Source: Candidatus Sysuimicrobiota bacterium
Lineage (GTDB): Bacteria; Sysuimicrobiota; Sysuimicrobiia; Sysuimicrobiales; Sysuimicrobiaceae
Reading direction: 5' to 3'
NCBI GenBank assembly: GCA_040289515.1
Contig: PSLI01000004.1
Coordinates: forward strand, 11,111 to 75,110
Length of the DNA stretch: 64,000 nucleotides
Below are positions 36,668 through 49,082 of the stretch, one piece after another (position 1 is the stretch's first letter; every line of letters begins with the position of its first letter). Position numbers and translations under genes: made by a program. Below the pieces are notes generated by a model. That model was not told the DNA's origin and did no database searches. It worked only from the letters and a program-made list of their open reading frames with translations.

Positions 36668-37498
36668 ATGATTCTCACGGGATCGAGAAGGCGGGCGGGG
36701 ACTCTGGTAGTCCTGCTGCTGGGGGCGGGCGTTCTGCTGACGCTGCAGCTGCGTACCCCGGACCGCCGGGCTCTGGGGCCGGTGGGCCGTGCGGTGCTGT
36801 CGGTGATCCTGCCCGCACAGGTTTCCCTGACCCGGGCCACGGACGCCGTGGCCCGCTCCTGGCGCGCGCTCAACGAGATCGGGCAGCTGCGGGCGGAGAA
36901 CGCCCGGCTGCGGGCGGAGGCAGAGCGGCTGCGTCGGGAGGTGGCGCAGCTGCAGGAGGTTTCGGCGGAGGCAGAGCGGCTGCGGCGGCTGGTGGGATTC
37001 CGTCCGCCGCCCTCCTACGCCACGGTGGCCGCGCGGGTGGTCACGCGCGACCCGAGCCGCTGGTACACCACCCTCACCGTGGACCGCGGCAGCCGTGACG
37101 GGCTTTCCCGCGACGATCCCGTGGTGACCGCGGACGGCCTGGTGGGCCGGGTGTTCGAGGTGTACCCCACTGCTGCGCGGGTACTGCTGGTGACCGACCC
37201 GCGCAGCGCCGTGGGGGTGCTTGTCCAGAGCACCCGGGAGGCCGGGGTGGTGGAGGGTACCGCAACGGAGTGGCTGCGGCTGCGCTACCTGTCCCGGTCC
37301 GCCCCCCTTCGGGAGGGGGACCTGCTGGTGACCTCTGGCCTGGGCGGGGTGTTCCCCAGGGGGATCCGGGTCGGGGTCGTGCGCACGGTGGTCCGCACCG
37401 CGGGCGCGCTGTTCCAGGAAGCGGAGGTGGAGCCCGCCACGGACCTGTCGCGCCTCGAAGAGGTGTTGGTGATGGTGCGGGGCGCGGGCTCCAGGTAG
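36668..37498 (+). CDS. mreC: Rod shape protein MreC
   Basis: TM helix, coiled coil LRAENARL, DRGSRDG, VTSGLGGVFPRGI. Confidence 0.94.
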   Translation: MILTGSRRRAGTLVVLLLGAGVLLTLQLRTPDRRALGPVGRAVLSVILPAQVSLTRATDAVARSWRALNEIGQLRAENARLRAEAERLRREVAQLQEVSAEAERLRRLVGFRPPPSYATVAARVVTRDPSRWYTTLTVDRGSRDGLSRDDPVVTADGLVGRVFEVYPTAARVLLVTDPRSAVGVLVQSTREAGVVEGTATEWLRLRYLSRSAPLREGDLLVTSGLGGVFPRGIRVGVVRTVVRTAGALFQEAEVEPATDLSRLEEVLVMVRGAGSR

Positions 37499-37500
37499 CC

Positions 37501-38049
37501 GTGGGGACGGGTCGTTTGTGGAACCTGTTGGCCCGCCTGCTGGCGTGCGCGGGATTGTTGCTGCTGGCGGTGGTGGTGGAGGGTGCCTGGGGGTGGAGGA
37601 TGAATTTCGCTGGCGGCGCTCTCGAACCGGTGGTCGTGGTGGTGCTGGCAGTGGGGGTTCGCACGGTGCCCGAGCTGGCAGCGCTTGTAGGCTTGGCCGC
37701 CGGTTTGTTGCAGGACTTGGCCGGGGGCCACGCGTTGGGGCTTGCGGGGATCTCGAAGCTGCTGTTGGGCTTCTGGGCCAGCACCGCTGCGCGGACGGTA
37801 GCGCTGGACAGTCCGTGGGCTTCCTCGGCCCTTGCGGCGGCGGGCACGGCGGGATCACGTGCGGTGGAGGCGGCCCTGCGTTGGCTGGCGGGTGAGCCCG
37901 CACCAGCCCTACTGCCCTGGGCAGGCGGAGTGGCGGTGAGCTCGTGCTATAATGCGTTGGTTGCGCCCCTGGTGTTCGCCGGCTTCCAAACGGTGAAACG
38001 GTGGCCGCGGCGCATGCGGCGGGCGGCACCCTCCCGGCTAGCCTCGTAG
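37501..38049 (+). CDS. mreD: Rod shape protein MreD
   Basis: Hydrophobic, AGLLQDL, YNA; lies between mreC and mrdA; start is approximate. Confidence 0.85.
   Translation: MGTGRLWNLLARLLACAGLLLLAVVVEGAWGWRMNFAGGALEPVVVVVLAVGVRTVPELAALVGLAAGLLQDLAGGHALGLAGISKLLLGFWASTAARTVALDSPWASSALAAAGTAGSRAVEAALRWLAGEPAPALLPWAGGVAVSSCYNALVAPLVFAGFQTVKRWPRRMRRAAPSRLAS
37945..37953 (+). promoter_or_regulatory. Internal extended -10 promoter in mreD, upstream of mrdA
   Basis: Perfect TGCTATAAT in very GC-rich DNA. Confidence 0.5.
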
Positions 38050-38092
38050 CCTCCGGGGACCGCCCGGGTGACTTTTGGGGCGCCGGGCTCGC

Positions 38093-39874
38093 ATGGAACC
38101 ATCGAAGTCGGTTGACCTCACCACGCGGCTGGCATCCCTGGGCGTGGGCCTCACCGTGGCGCTGGCAGCCCTTGGGCTGCGCCTGTGGCAGCTGCAGATC
38201 CTCCAGGCTGACTACTACGCGCAGCTGGCGGACGTCAACCGCCTGCGGGTGCACCGCCTGCCTTCCCCGCGGGGGCTGATCCTGGACCGCCGCGGCACCC
38301 CGTTGGTGACCAACCGGCCAGCCTTCTCCGTTTGGGTGGTGCCCGCGGAGGTTGTGGACCCGGGCCGGGTGCTACCCCAGCTGGCGCGCGTGGTGGGCGT
38401 CCCGGAAGACGACCTTTGGGCCCGGTGGGAGCGCAGCCGGCGTCGTCCCTTCGAGCCCATGCGGGTCCGCCGCGACGTGGGGATCCGGGTGGTCACGGCG
38501 CTAGAGGAGCGGCGGCAGAGTCTGCCTGGCGTGCAGGTGGAAGCGGAGCCGGTGCGGGTGTACCCCTTTGGACCTGCAGCCGCCCACGTCCTGGGTTATC
38601 TGGGGGAGGTGAGCCCCGAGGAGTTGGAGGCGTTGCGGCCCCGGGGCTACCGGGCGGGCGACCTCATCGGGAAGGCGGGTGTTGAACGCGCGTACGACGA
38701 GGTGCTCCGGGGGAGCGATGGCGAGCACGCGGTGGAGGTGGACGCCGCGGGCCGGCCGCTGCGCGTGCTGAGGGAGCAGCCCGGTCAGCCCGGGCACACC
38801 CTGGTGCTGGCCTTGGACCGGGAGCTGCAGGAGGAGGCCGCCCGACAGCTGCAGGGCCGTTCGGGTGCCGTGGTGGCCATGGATCCCTGGACCGGGGAGG
38901 TCCTGGCCATGGCCAGCAGCCCCTCCTTCGATCCCAACCTGTTCTCCGTGGGTATCTCGGAGCAGGACTGGCAGCGGTTGTCCGCGGACCGCCGCAACCC
39001 CCTGCTGAACCGGGCCACGGCCAGCGCTTACGAGCCCGGGTCGGTGTTCAAGGTGGTCACGGGCCTCGCGGCCCTCCAGGAAGGGCGCGCGGCCTCAAGC
39101 TCCCGGTTCTTGTGTAAGGGATCCTTGCAGCTGGGCCGGTGGGTGTTCCGGGATCTGGTGGCGCACGGGGTTGTGGACTTCACCACGGGGGTGGCTCAGT
39201 CATGCAACGTCATGTTCTGGACGCTGGGCTTGGCCCTGGGTCCGGACCTGCTGGCGGAGTACGCGCAACGCCTGGGCTTCGGCAGCCCCACGGGGGTAGA
39301 CCTGCCCCTGGAGGTGCCGGGCATGATCCCGGACCCTGCCTATAAGCAGCGGACCTGGCAAGAGCCGTGGTACCCCGGGGACACGCTCAATATGGCGATT
39401 GGGCAGGGCTTCGTGCTGGTCACCCCTCTCCAGGTGGCCAGGGCTATGAGTGCGGTGGCAAACGGCGGGATTCTGCTGCGGCCGCGCCTGGTCCGGGCGG
39501 TGGTGTCCCCGGAAGGGCACGTGGTGCGGACCTTTTCGCCGGAAGCGCAGGCGCGCCTGCCGGTGTCCGACCAGGCTCTGGCAGCCCTCCGGAGGGGGCT
39601 TGTGGCGGTGGTGGACCGCGGCACGGGACAGGCTGCCAGGGTGGAAGGACTGCAGGTGGCCGGCAAGACCGGCAGCGCGGAGACCGCCAGGGGACGTCCG
39701 CACGCGTGGTTTGCTGGTTACGCGCCCGCCAGTCAGCCGCGCATCGTGGTGGTGGTTCTGGTGGAGCATGGATACCGGGGAGGCGTCAGCGCCGCACCCA
39801 TCGCGCGAGCCATCCTGGAACGCTGGTGGACCGGGCTGCGATCGGCCCGGGGGGGAAATCTGTGGGCCCGGTGA
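38093..39874 (+). CDS. mrdA: Penicillin-binding protein 2
   Basis: PRGLILDR, SVFK, SCN, KTG. Confidence 0.95.
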   Translation: MEPSKSVDLTTRLASLGVGLTVALAALGLRLWQLQILQADYYAQLADVNRLRVHRLPSPRGLILDRRGTPLVTNRPAFSVWVVPAEVVDPGRVLPQLARVVGVPEDDLWARWERSRRRPFEPMRVRRDVGIRVVTALEERRQSLPGVQVEAEPVRVYPFGPAAAHVLGYLGEVSPEELEALRPRGYRAGDLIGKAGVERAYDEVLRGSDGEHAVEVDAAGRPLRVLREQPGQPGHTLVLALDRELQEEAARQLQGRSGAVVAMDPWTGEVLAMASSPSFDPNLFSVGISEQDWQRLSADRRNPLLNRATASAYEPGSVFKVVTGLAALQEGRAASSSRFLCKGSLQLGRWVFRDLVAHGVVDFTTGVAQSCNVMFWTLGLALGPDLLAEYAQRLGFGSPTGVDLPLEVPGMIPDPAYKQRTWQEPWYPGDTLNMAIGQGFVLVTPLQVARAMSAVANGGILLRPRLVRAVVSPEGHVVRTFSPEAQARLPVSDQALAALRRGLVAVVDRGTGQAARVEGLQVAGKTGSAETARGRPHAWFAGYAPASQPRIVVVVLVEHGYRGGVSAAPIARAILERWWTGLRSARGGNLWAR

Positions 39875-40989
39875 GAGCCTCGGTCAGGGAACCCTCCCGC
39901 CCGGGCGCCCTCCGCCACGTGGACTGGGTGCTGGTCGCCTGCACCCTGACCCTGGTAGCCATCGGTACCGTGGCGGTGGCCAGCGCCAGCAGCACCCCTG
40001 AGCAACCCCTTGGGCTGCTGCGGCCGCGGCTGGTTCACACGGCGGTGGGGCTGGCAGTTCTGGCGGGGTTTGCAGCGCTCCCCTACCGGACTCTGGGGGA
40101 GGTGTGGAAGTTCGCCTACGGCTCGAGTCTCGTGCTGTTGGTGGCGACGGACGTGGTGGGCCGGACAGCCCTGGGCGCCCAGCGGTGGCTGCACGTGGGC
40201 CCGGTGAGCCTGCAGCCCTCGGAGGTAGCGAAGCTGGGGCTCATCGTGGCACTGGCGTGGTCCCTGAGCCGGCGCAAAGAGCCGCCGACGCGGGCGGTGG
40301 ACCTGGTTCCGTGCCTGGCCCTTGCGGGCCCCATGGTGGCCCTGGTGTTCCTGCAGCCCGACCTGGGTAGCGCCATGAGCTTCGTGGCCGTGGCCGCGGG
40401 CATGTTGTGGGCGGCGGGCGTGCCCGCACGGCTGATGGGCGCCGTTGCCCTGGGGGGGTTGCTGGCCGCGCCTTTGGCTTGGCCCCTGCTGAAGCCCTAC
40501 CAGCGAACCCGCCTGCTGGCCTTCCTCGACCCCGGCGTGGATCCCCTCGGCGCAGGCTACAACCTCATCCAGTCCAAGATCGCCATCGGCTCGGGCGGCC
40601 TGTGGGGAAAGGGTCTGTTCGCGGGCACCCAGAACACCCTGCAGTTCCTGCCCATGCAGCACACAGACTTCGTGTTCTCCGTGATCGGGGAGGAGCTGGG
40701 GTTCGTGGGCACAATAGGGGTGTTGGTGCTGTTCTGGGTGTGGTTGCTGCGGGTGCTGCGGGTGGCGGCCTCCACCCGGGACGCCTTCGGCAGCTACCTG
40801 TGTGTGGGTGTGGCGAACCTTGTGGCGTTCCACGTGCTGGTGAACGTGGGGATGACGGTGGGCTTGGCCCCTGCCACGGGAATCCCCCTCCCCTTCGTGT
40901 CCTATGGGGGCACCGCCCTGGTGACCCAACTGGCCGCGGTGGGGATGGTCCTCAGTGTGGCCCTCCGCAGGCCCAAGATCCGCTTCTAA
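39862..40989 (+). CDS. rodA: Rod shape protein RodA
   Basis: GAQRWL, QPSE, QPDLG, QSKIAIGSGG, HTDF, PFVSYGG. Confidence 0.95.
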   Translation: MGPVRASVREPSRPGALRHVDWVLVACTLTLVAIGTVAVASASSTPEQPLGLLRPRLVHTAVGLAVLAGFAALPYRTLGEVWKFAYGSSLVLLVATDVVGRTALGAQRWLHVGPVSLQPSEVAKLGLIVALAWSLSRRKEPPTRAVDLVPCLALAGPMVALVFLQPDLGSAMSFVAVAAGMLWAAGVPARLMGAVALGGLLAAPLAWPLLKPYQRTRLLAFLDPGVDPLGAGYNLIQSKIAIGSGGLWGKGLFAGTQNTLQFLPMQHTDFVFSVIGEELGFVGTIGVLVLFWVWLLRVLRVAASTRDAFGSYLCVGVANLVAFHVLVNVGMTVGLAPATGIPLPFVSYGGTALVTQLAAVGMVLSVALRRPKIRF

Positions 40990-41002
40990 GCTCGGAGGAG
41001 GT

Positions 41003-42661
41003 ATGCGACGGCTCATCGTGGCGAACGTGGAACCTTTCGAGACCCGGGTGGCGGTGTTCGAGGACGGGCAAGTAGTGAACCTGTTCGTGGAGCGGGGCGA
41101 GCCCCTGGCGGGCAACGTATACAAGGCCCGGGTGGCCAACGTACTGCAGGGGATGGATGCCGCCTTCGTGGACATCGGCCTGGAGCGCAACGCCTTTTTG
41201 CAGGTGGGCGACGTGCGCAGCCAGCGCATCGGGGGTGAGGAGCTGGAGGATGCGATCGGGCGGGGCGCCATCCAGCAACGGCTGCGGGTGGGCCAGGAGA
41301 TCCTTGTGCAGGTCACCAAGGAGCCCATGGGCAGCAAGGGGGCCCGGGTGACGACCTACATCGCCATCCCGGCCCACTACCTGGTCCTCATGCCCACCGT
41401 CCCGTACGTGGGGGTGTCCCGCAAGATCGAGAGTGAGGGCGAGCGGCGCCGACTCCGGGAGTTGGCCCAGCGGCTGCGGCCGCAGGGGATGGGGCTGATC
41501 GTGCGCACGGCCGCACAGGGCGCCACGGAGAAGGACCTGCAGGACGACCTGCGCTACCTGCTCAGCGTGTGGAACCGGGTGCTGGAGCGGGCGCGCACGA
41601 GCCGGGCACCTGCCCTCCTGTACCAGGACCTGCGCCTGCTCCGCCGCGTGGCCCGCGACCTGTTTACGGGGGAGGTGGAACGGTTCGTGGTGGACTCCCC
41701 GCGGGAGTACGAGCGGCTGGTGGACCTGGTGGGATCCTACGCGCCCCACCTGCGGGACCGCCTGGAGCTGTACCGGGGCAGCGAGCCCATCTTCGAGCAC
41801 TACGGGGTGGAACGGGAGATCGAGACGGCCCTGCGGCGCAAGGTGTGGCTGCCCTCGGGGGGAACCCTGGTGGTGGACCGTACGGAAGCCCTCACGGTGA
41901 TCGACGTGAACACGGGCCGCTACGTGGGAAAACAGGACCTGGCCACCACCATCCTGCACACCAACCTGGAGGCCGTGCGGGAAGTGGTGCGGCAGATCCG
42001 GCTGCGGGACATCGGCGGCATCATCCTGGTGGACTTCATCGACATGGACAACGAGAAGCACCGCCAGCAAGTCTTCCGGGCTCTGCAGGAGGCGGTGCGG
42101 CAGGATCGCTCCAAGACCCACGTGATGGACCTGACACAGCTGGGACTGGTGGAGATCACCCGCAAGCGGGTGCACCAGGATCTGGAGGCGGTGCTGCGGA
42201 TGCCGTGCCCCTACTGCGACGGGCGGGGCCGCGTGCTGTCCCCGCAGACGGTGGCCAACCGCATCCGGCGGCAGCTGCGGGCCCTGTGCGCGGCCTGCCG
42301 GGATCCGGTCCTGGTGCTCCGGGTGCACCCCCTGGTGCACGCGGAGCTGCTACGGGACGGGGTGTGGCTGCGGAAGGTGGAAGAGCAGACGGGAAAGGCC
42401 ATCCGGGTGATCCCCAAGGAGGCGCTGCACGTGGAGCAGTTTGAGACCTCAGGCGCCGCCTGTCCGGAGGAGGCGGAGGTGGTGCCCGCGTCCTCCCAAC
42501 GGGCGTATCCGTGGGGTCCGGAGGAGGTGCTGGACGTGGCCGCGGAGCGGGACGAAGAGTTGGAGCGGGCGGAACCCCGCCGGCAGCCCGTGGGCTGGTG
42601 GGACCGCCTGCGCCGGTGGCTGGCGGAGCGACGGACGGCGCAGACGGGCCCGCGGCTATAA
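41003..42661 (+). CDS. rng: Ribonuclease E/G
   Basis: GNVYKARV, AAFVDIG, IDVNTG, LRDIGGIILVDFIDM, CPYC. Confidence 0.95.
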   Translation: MRRLIVANVEPFETRVAVFEDGQVVNLFVERGEPLAGNVYKARVANVLQGMDAAFVDIGLERNAFLQVGDVRSQRIGGEELEDAIGRGAIQQRLRVGQEILVQVTKEPMGSKGARVTTYIAIPAHYLVLMPTVPYVGVSRKIESEGERRRLRELAQRLRPQGMGLIVRTAAQGATEKDLQDDLRYLLSVWNRVLERARTSRAPALLYQDLRLLRRVARDLFTGEVERFVVDSPREYERLVDLVGSYAPHLRDRLELYRGSEPIFEHYGVEREIETALRRKVWLPSGGTLVVDRTEALTVIDVNTGRYVGKQDLATTILHTNLEAVREVVRQIRLRDIGGIILVDFIDMDNEKHRQQVFRALQEAVRQDRSKTHVMDLTQLGLVEITRKRVHQDLEAVLRMPCPYCDGRGRVLSPQTVANRIRRQLRALCAACRDPVLVLRVHPLVHAELLRDGVWLRKVEEQTGKAIRVIPKEALHVEQFETSGAACPEEAEVVPASSQRAYPWGPEEVLDVAAERDEELERAEPRRQPVGWWDRLRRWLAERRTAQTGPRL

Positions 42662-42662
42662 T
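42657..42662 (+). promoter_or_regulatory. -10 box upstream of alaS
   Basis: TATAAT overlapping the rng stop codon. Confidence 0.45.
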
Positions 42663-42700
42663 CGTGTCGGCCACGCAGCAACAGGTGGGAGGTCGGTGCG

Positions 42701-45375
<2,675 letters not shown>

Positions 45376-45379
<4 letters not shown>

Positions 45380-45801
45380 GGGGTCGGGTGCTGGCGGTGG
45401 ATTACGGGAGCCGCCGCATCGGTCTGGCCCTCAGCGACCCCACGGGGGTAGCCACCCAGATGCTGCCCGACGTGCGGCGGCACGGGGACGACCCGCGGGC
45501 CGCCCAGGAGGTGGCGGAGGTGGCGCACCGCTACGAGGTGCGGACCATCGTGGTGGGTTTGCCGCTGCGCCTGGACGGGACCGAGGGTCCTCAGGCCCAG
45601 GCGGCGCGTCGGTTTGCACGCCTTCTGGAGCGCACCGCCGCGCTGCCCGTGCGCCTGTGGGACGAGCGACTCACCTCGGTGCAGGCGGAGCGGATCCTCC
45701 TGGAAGGAGGACTCCGCCGCAAACGGCGCCGCCAGCTGCGGGATCGTCTGGCGGCCGCCCTGGTGCTGCGCAGCTTCCTCCAAGCACAACCGGACTCCTG
45801 A
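45376..45801 (+). CDS. ruvX: YqgF/RuvX family nuclease
   Basis: LAVDYGSRRIGLA.SD, VVGLP, WDERLTS. Confidence 0.93.
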
Positions 45802-45936
45802 GACCCACCCCGCGCGGAGCAGACGAACGGACCCTCCGGGAGGTATCATAGCCATGAGCAACGGTCCGGGGTGCCGCGCGCCGCGGCCGCGACGGGTGGG
45901 CCTCCCGCTGTTGCCACACTCTGCGGAGGTGCGGAC

Positions 45937-46221
45937 GTGGGCCGGGCGGACGGCACGCAGCTGGATGTAATCACCGTGAGCGACGAGCAGGGGCACCAGC
46001 ACGAGTTCACGGTGCTGGAGTACGTGGAGGTGGAGGATCGGCGCTACGTGGTGGTGGTCCCCACAGACGCCCCGGAGGACGAGGCCGCGGTGGTCCTGCG
46101 GGTGGAGGGCGATACCCTGGTGAGCGTGGACGACGACGAGGAGTTCGAACAAGTGGTGGCCGCCCTGGAGGGTAGCGCCGACGACCTCGAGGGGGAGGAA
46201 GTAGAGGAGGACTCGCAGTAG
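45937..46221 (+). CDS. DUF1292 family protein
   Basis: Acidic; ITVSDEQG..HEF, DDEEFEQV; conserved alaS-yqgF-DUF1292-mltG order. Confidence 0.85.
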   Translation: MGRADGTQLDVITVSDEQGHQHEFTVLEYVEVEDRRYVVVVPTDAPEDEAAVVLRVEGDTLVSVDDDEEFEQVVAALEGSADDLEGEEVEEDSQ

Positions 46222-46250
46222 GGCTGCGGGGTTGGCATCTGGCACACCGG

Positions 46251-47210
46251 TTGGTGGCCGTTCTGGCCGCGGGAACTGCGGCTTTTGCTGTGCACGGGTG
46301 GAGTGCGCCTGTCTCCAGACAGCCGGTGGTGTTGGTGATCCCGCCCGGGGCGGACGCGTCCTCTGTGGCCGAACGGTTGCACCGGCACGGGCTGGTCCGC
46401 AGCCCCGCCGCCTTCCGGCTGCTGGCCCGCTGGCAGGGTCTCGATGGACGCATCCAGGCGGGTGAGTACCGCTTTTCCGGCGGGGAGAGTATGGGTGCGA
46501 TCCTCCGGCGGCTGGCTGCCGGCGACGTGATTCGGCACCGCCTTGTCCTTCCCGAGGGGCTGTCCGCGCGCGAGCTGGCCCGGCGCCTGCAAGAACAGAG
46601 AGTGGTGGAGGCAGAAGCCTTCCTTGCGGAGGTCCGGCGTGCCCACCGGTACTGGATTCCGCAGATGGAGGGCAACACCACCGGCAGCGTGGAAGGGTAC
46701 CTGTTTCCCGACACGTACGAGTTTCCCCGGGGCTACTCCGCGGACCGGGTGGTGGCGGCCATGGTGGCTCGCTTCCATGAGGCCACCGCACCCCTGTGGT
46801 CGCTGGCCCGGCCGTTCGGGCTTTCACCTCACCAGGTGGTGACCTTGGCCTCCCTGGTGGAGCGGGAGGCCCGGCACGACGGGGAGCGGGCTCGGATCGC
46901 GGGCGTCCTGTACAACCGACTGCGCCTGGGTATGCCGCTGCAGGTGGACGCCACGGTCCTGTACGCCCTCGGCCAGCACAAGGAACGCGTGCTGTACAGG
47001 GACCTGGAGGTGGACTCCCCGTACAACACGTACCGCAGGGTGGGTCTGCCCCCCGGGCCCATCGCCAACCCTGGTCTGGCAAGCCTACTGGCGGCGTTGC
47101 AGCCTGAGGCACACGACTACCTGTACTACGTGGCCCGTCCGGATGGCACCCACGTGTTCAGCCGCAGCCTGGCGGAGCACGAGCGTGCCCGCAAGGCCCT
47201 GCAGAAGTAG
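46251..47210 (+). CDS. mltG: Endolytic transglycosylase MltG
   Basis: EGYLFPDTY, LASLVERE, NRL..GMPLQVD, SPYNTY, GLPPGPIANPG. Confidence 0.95.
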   Translation: MVAVLAAGTAAFAVHGWSAPVSRQPVVLVIPPGADASSVAERLHRHGLVRSPAAFRLLARWQGLDGRIQAGEYRFSGGESMGAILRRLAAGDVIRHRLVLPEGLSARELARRLQEQRVVEAEAFLAEVRRAHRYWIPQMEGNTTGSVEGYLFPDTYEFPRGYSADRVVAAMVARFHEATAPLWSLARPFGLSPHQVVTLASLVEREARHDGERARIAGVLYNRLRLGMPLQVDATVLYALGQHKERVLYRDLEVDSPYNTYRRVGLPPGPIANPGLASLLAALQPEAHDYLYYVARPDGTHVFSRSLAEHERARKALQK

Positions 47211-47212
47211 GG

Positions 47213-47740
47213 ATGCGGCCGGGCGAGGGTTGGATCCCTCACTTGGCGGTGCTCCGTGTAAGCCACGTCCCCCTGGAGCTGCTGCTTCGGCGGGGGATTC
47301 GGGGCGTGGTGTTCGACCTGGACAACACCCTGGTCCCGTACGGCTCCTGCCACGTCCCGGAGGACGTGCACGAGTGGCTGGAGCGCTTCCGGGCCTGCGG
47401 CCTGCGGGGAGCCGTGGTGTCCAACGCCCTGCCCTGGAGGGTGCGGGGGCTTGCGCAACGCCTGGGCTGGCCTGCGGTGGCGGGCTGGCCCAAGCCCAGT
47501 CCGGCGCGGCTGCGCAGGGCCATGACCGTACTGGGCACCACGCCCGGGACCACCGCCCTCGTAGGCGACCAGCTGTTTACGGACATCTGGCCCGGGAACC
47601 GGTTGGGGCTGTTCACCATCCTGGTGGAGCCCCTGGACCGGCGGGAGTTCCCTACCACCCGCATCAGCCGCTGGCTGGAGGGCCTCGCCGGGCGCGACAG
47701 GATGGCCGAGCAGGGCAGGACTCCGGCGGGGACGGGTTGA
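47213..47740 (+). CDS. YqeG family HAD IIIA phosphatase
   Basis: DLDNTL, VSN, KP, VGDQLFTD. Confidence 0.92.
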   Translation: MRPGEGWIPHLAVLRVSHVPLELLLRRGIRGVVFDLDNTLVPYGSCHVPEDVHEWLERFRACGLRGAVVSNALPWRVRGLAQRLGWPAVAGWPKPSPARLRRAMTVLGTTPGTTALVGDQLFTDIWPGNRLGLFTILVEPLDRREFPTTRISRWLEGLAGRDRMAEQGRTPAGTG

Positions 47741-47759
47741 AGCACAGCCAGAGCCGGCC

Positions 47760-48131
47760 ATGGCGCTGCGGGACTTCCTGAAGGAGATCCTGGCCAGCGT
47801 GGAAGGGGCGCTGGGGGTGGCGGTCGTACGCCTGGACGGCGAGGTGGTGGACGCCCACACCCTGGACGGGGGTCTGCGGATCGAGAAGGTCGCTCCGGAC
47901 CTGGGGATTCTGGCCAAGGTGTCCGCGTACGCCGCCCGCAAGCTGAGCGCCGGCCCGGTGGACTACTCCGTGGTGTCGGCGGAAAAGTACGTGCTGCTTT
48001 TGTCCGCGGTGGAGGTGGACTACGCTCTCGTGATCGCCCTCCGGCAGGGTGGAAATCTTGGGAAGGCGCGCCTGCTGATGAAGAAGAACCTGGAACGGGT
48101 GGCCGCCCAGCTGCGCAGCCTCGGCTCGTGA
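47760..48131 (+). CDS. Roadblock/LC7 domain protein
   Basis: EGALGVAVVRLDG, GNLGKARL. Confidence 0.85.
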   Translation: MALRDFLKEILASVEGALGVAVVRLDGEVVDAHTLDGGLRIEKVAPDLGILAKVSAYAARKLSAGPVDYSVVSAEKYVLLLSAVEVDYALVIALRQGGNLGKARLLMKKNLERVAAQLRSLGS

Positions 48132-49024
48132 CCGCTCGACTCTACGGGATCCCGGCGGCCGCGTGGGCTGTGCTGTGCTTTGTGGTGGGTGCCGCCTGGG
48201 CTTCAGGTCTGGCCGAAGGAGAGGCGCTGTTCATCCGCGGACGGTATCGGGAGGCCGCCGCGGCATTCCGCCAGGCGCTTTTGGCAAGGCCCCGCGACCC
48301 GTGGTTGTGGCTGTGGTACGGCGCCTCTTTGGTGCAGGCAGGGGACCTCCGGGGGGCTCTCCACGCCCTCCGGCCGGCCACGGGCTCCAGCGTGGAGGCG
48401 CACGCGTGGCTGTGGGCAGGTGCCGCGTACGAGGGCCTGGGGATGGACAGCCAGGCCCGAAACGCCTACCGGCGGGCATTGGCTCGCAGCCAGGACGCGG
48501 CCTCCGCGTACTGGGCCCGCCGGAAGCTGCGCGCTCTGACGGCAGAATCTGCCCCGGAGCTGCCGGCCACGGACCCCGGCACGTACGAGCGCCTGGCGGT
48601 GCGCTACAACCCGCGGCTTTCCGCCTGGGAGGCCCGCCGCATCGGGCGGGCACTGGTGGAGCTTGGGCGGCACTTCAACGTGGACCCGAGACTCACCGCT
48701 GCCCTGGTGGTGGTGGAGTCCGGGTTCGAGCCGCGTGCTGTCTCGCCTGCGGGCGCCCTGGGGCTGGGCCAGCTCATGCCCGAGGTGGCACGGGCCGTGG
48801 CGGTACGGGATCCCTTCTCCATCGAGGAGAACCTGTACGGTACCGTGCGGGTGCTGCGGGGACACCTGGACCGGTACGGTTACCACCGTGTGGATTTGGC
48901 CCTGGCCGCGTACAACGCGGGCTCCGGTGCCGTGCGCCGCCACGGCGGGGTTCCGCCCTTTGTTGAGACCCGCTGGTACGTGTTCCGCGTAAGCCGCCTG
49001 TATTTGCGCTTCCTGGGCCAGTAG
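48128..49024 (+). CDS. TPR-containing SLT lytic transglycosylase
   Basis: Signal peptide, TPR-like helices, VESGF, GLGQLMP, LAAYNAG, ET..YV. Confidence 0.92.
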   Translation: MTARLYGIPAAAWAVLCFVVGAAWASGLAEGEALFIRGRYREAAAAFRQALLARPRDPWLWLWYGASLVQAGDLRGALHALRPATGSSVEAHAWLWAGAAYEGLGMDSQARNAYRRALARSQDAASAYWARRKLRALTAESAPELPATDPGTYERLAVRYNPRLSAWEARRIGRALVELGRHFNVDPRLTAALVVVESGFEPRAVSPAGALGLGQLMPEVARAVAVRDPFSIEENLYGTVRVLRGHLDRYGYHRVDLALAAYNAGSGAVRRHGGVPPFVETRWYVFRVSRLYLRFLGQ

Positions 49025-49028
49025 GTGG

Positions 49029-49044
49029 TGGCCCCGAACTTGCT
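49029..49044 (+). promoter_or_regulatory. Putative sigma54 (-24/-12) promoter
   Basis: TGGCCCCGAACTTGCT, exact GG-N10-GC spacing, intergenic. Confidence 0.5.
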
Positions 49045-49082
49045 CCCTAGCTGCCCGTGACGCCGCGAAAAGGGGGTGCAGT

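Noticed and set aside
36913-36984. 21-bp direct repeat GGCGGAGGCAGAGCGGCTGCG
   Set aside because: Lies in frame in the MreC coiled coil (AEAERLR twice)
46240-46255. TGGCACACCGGTTGGT sigma54-like site
   Set aside because: The -12 element is GG rather than GC, and it overlaps the mltG start
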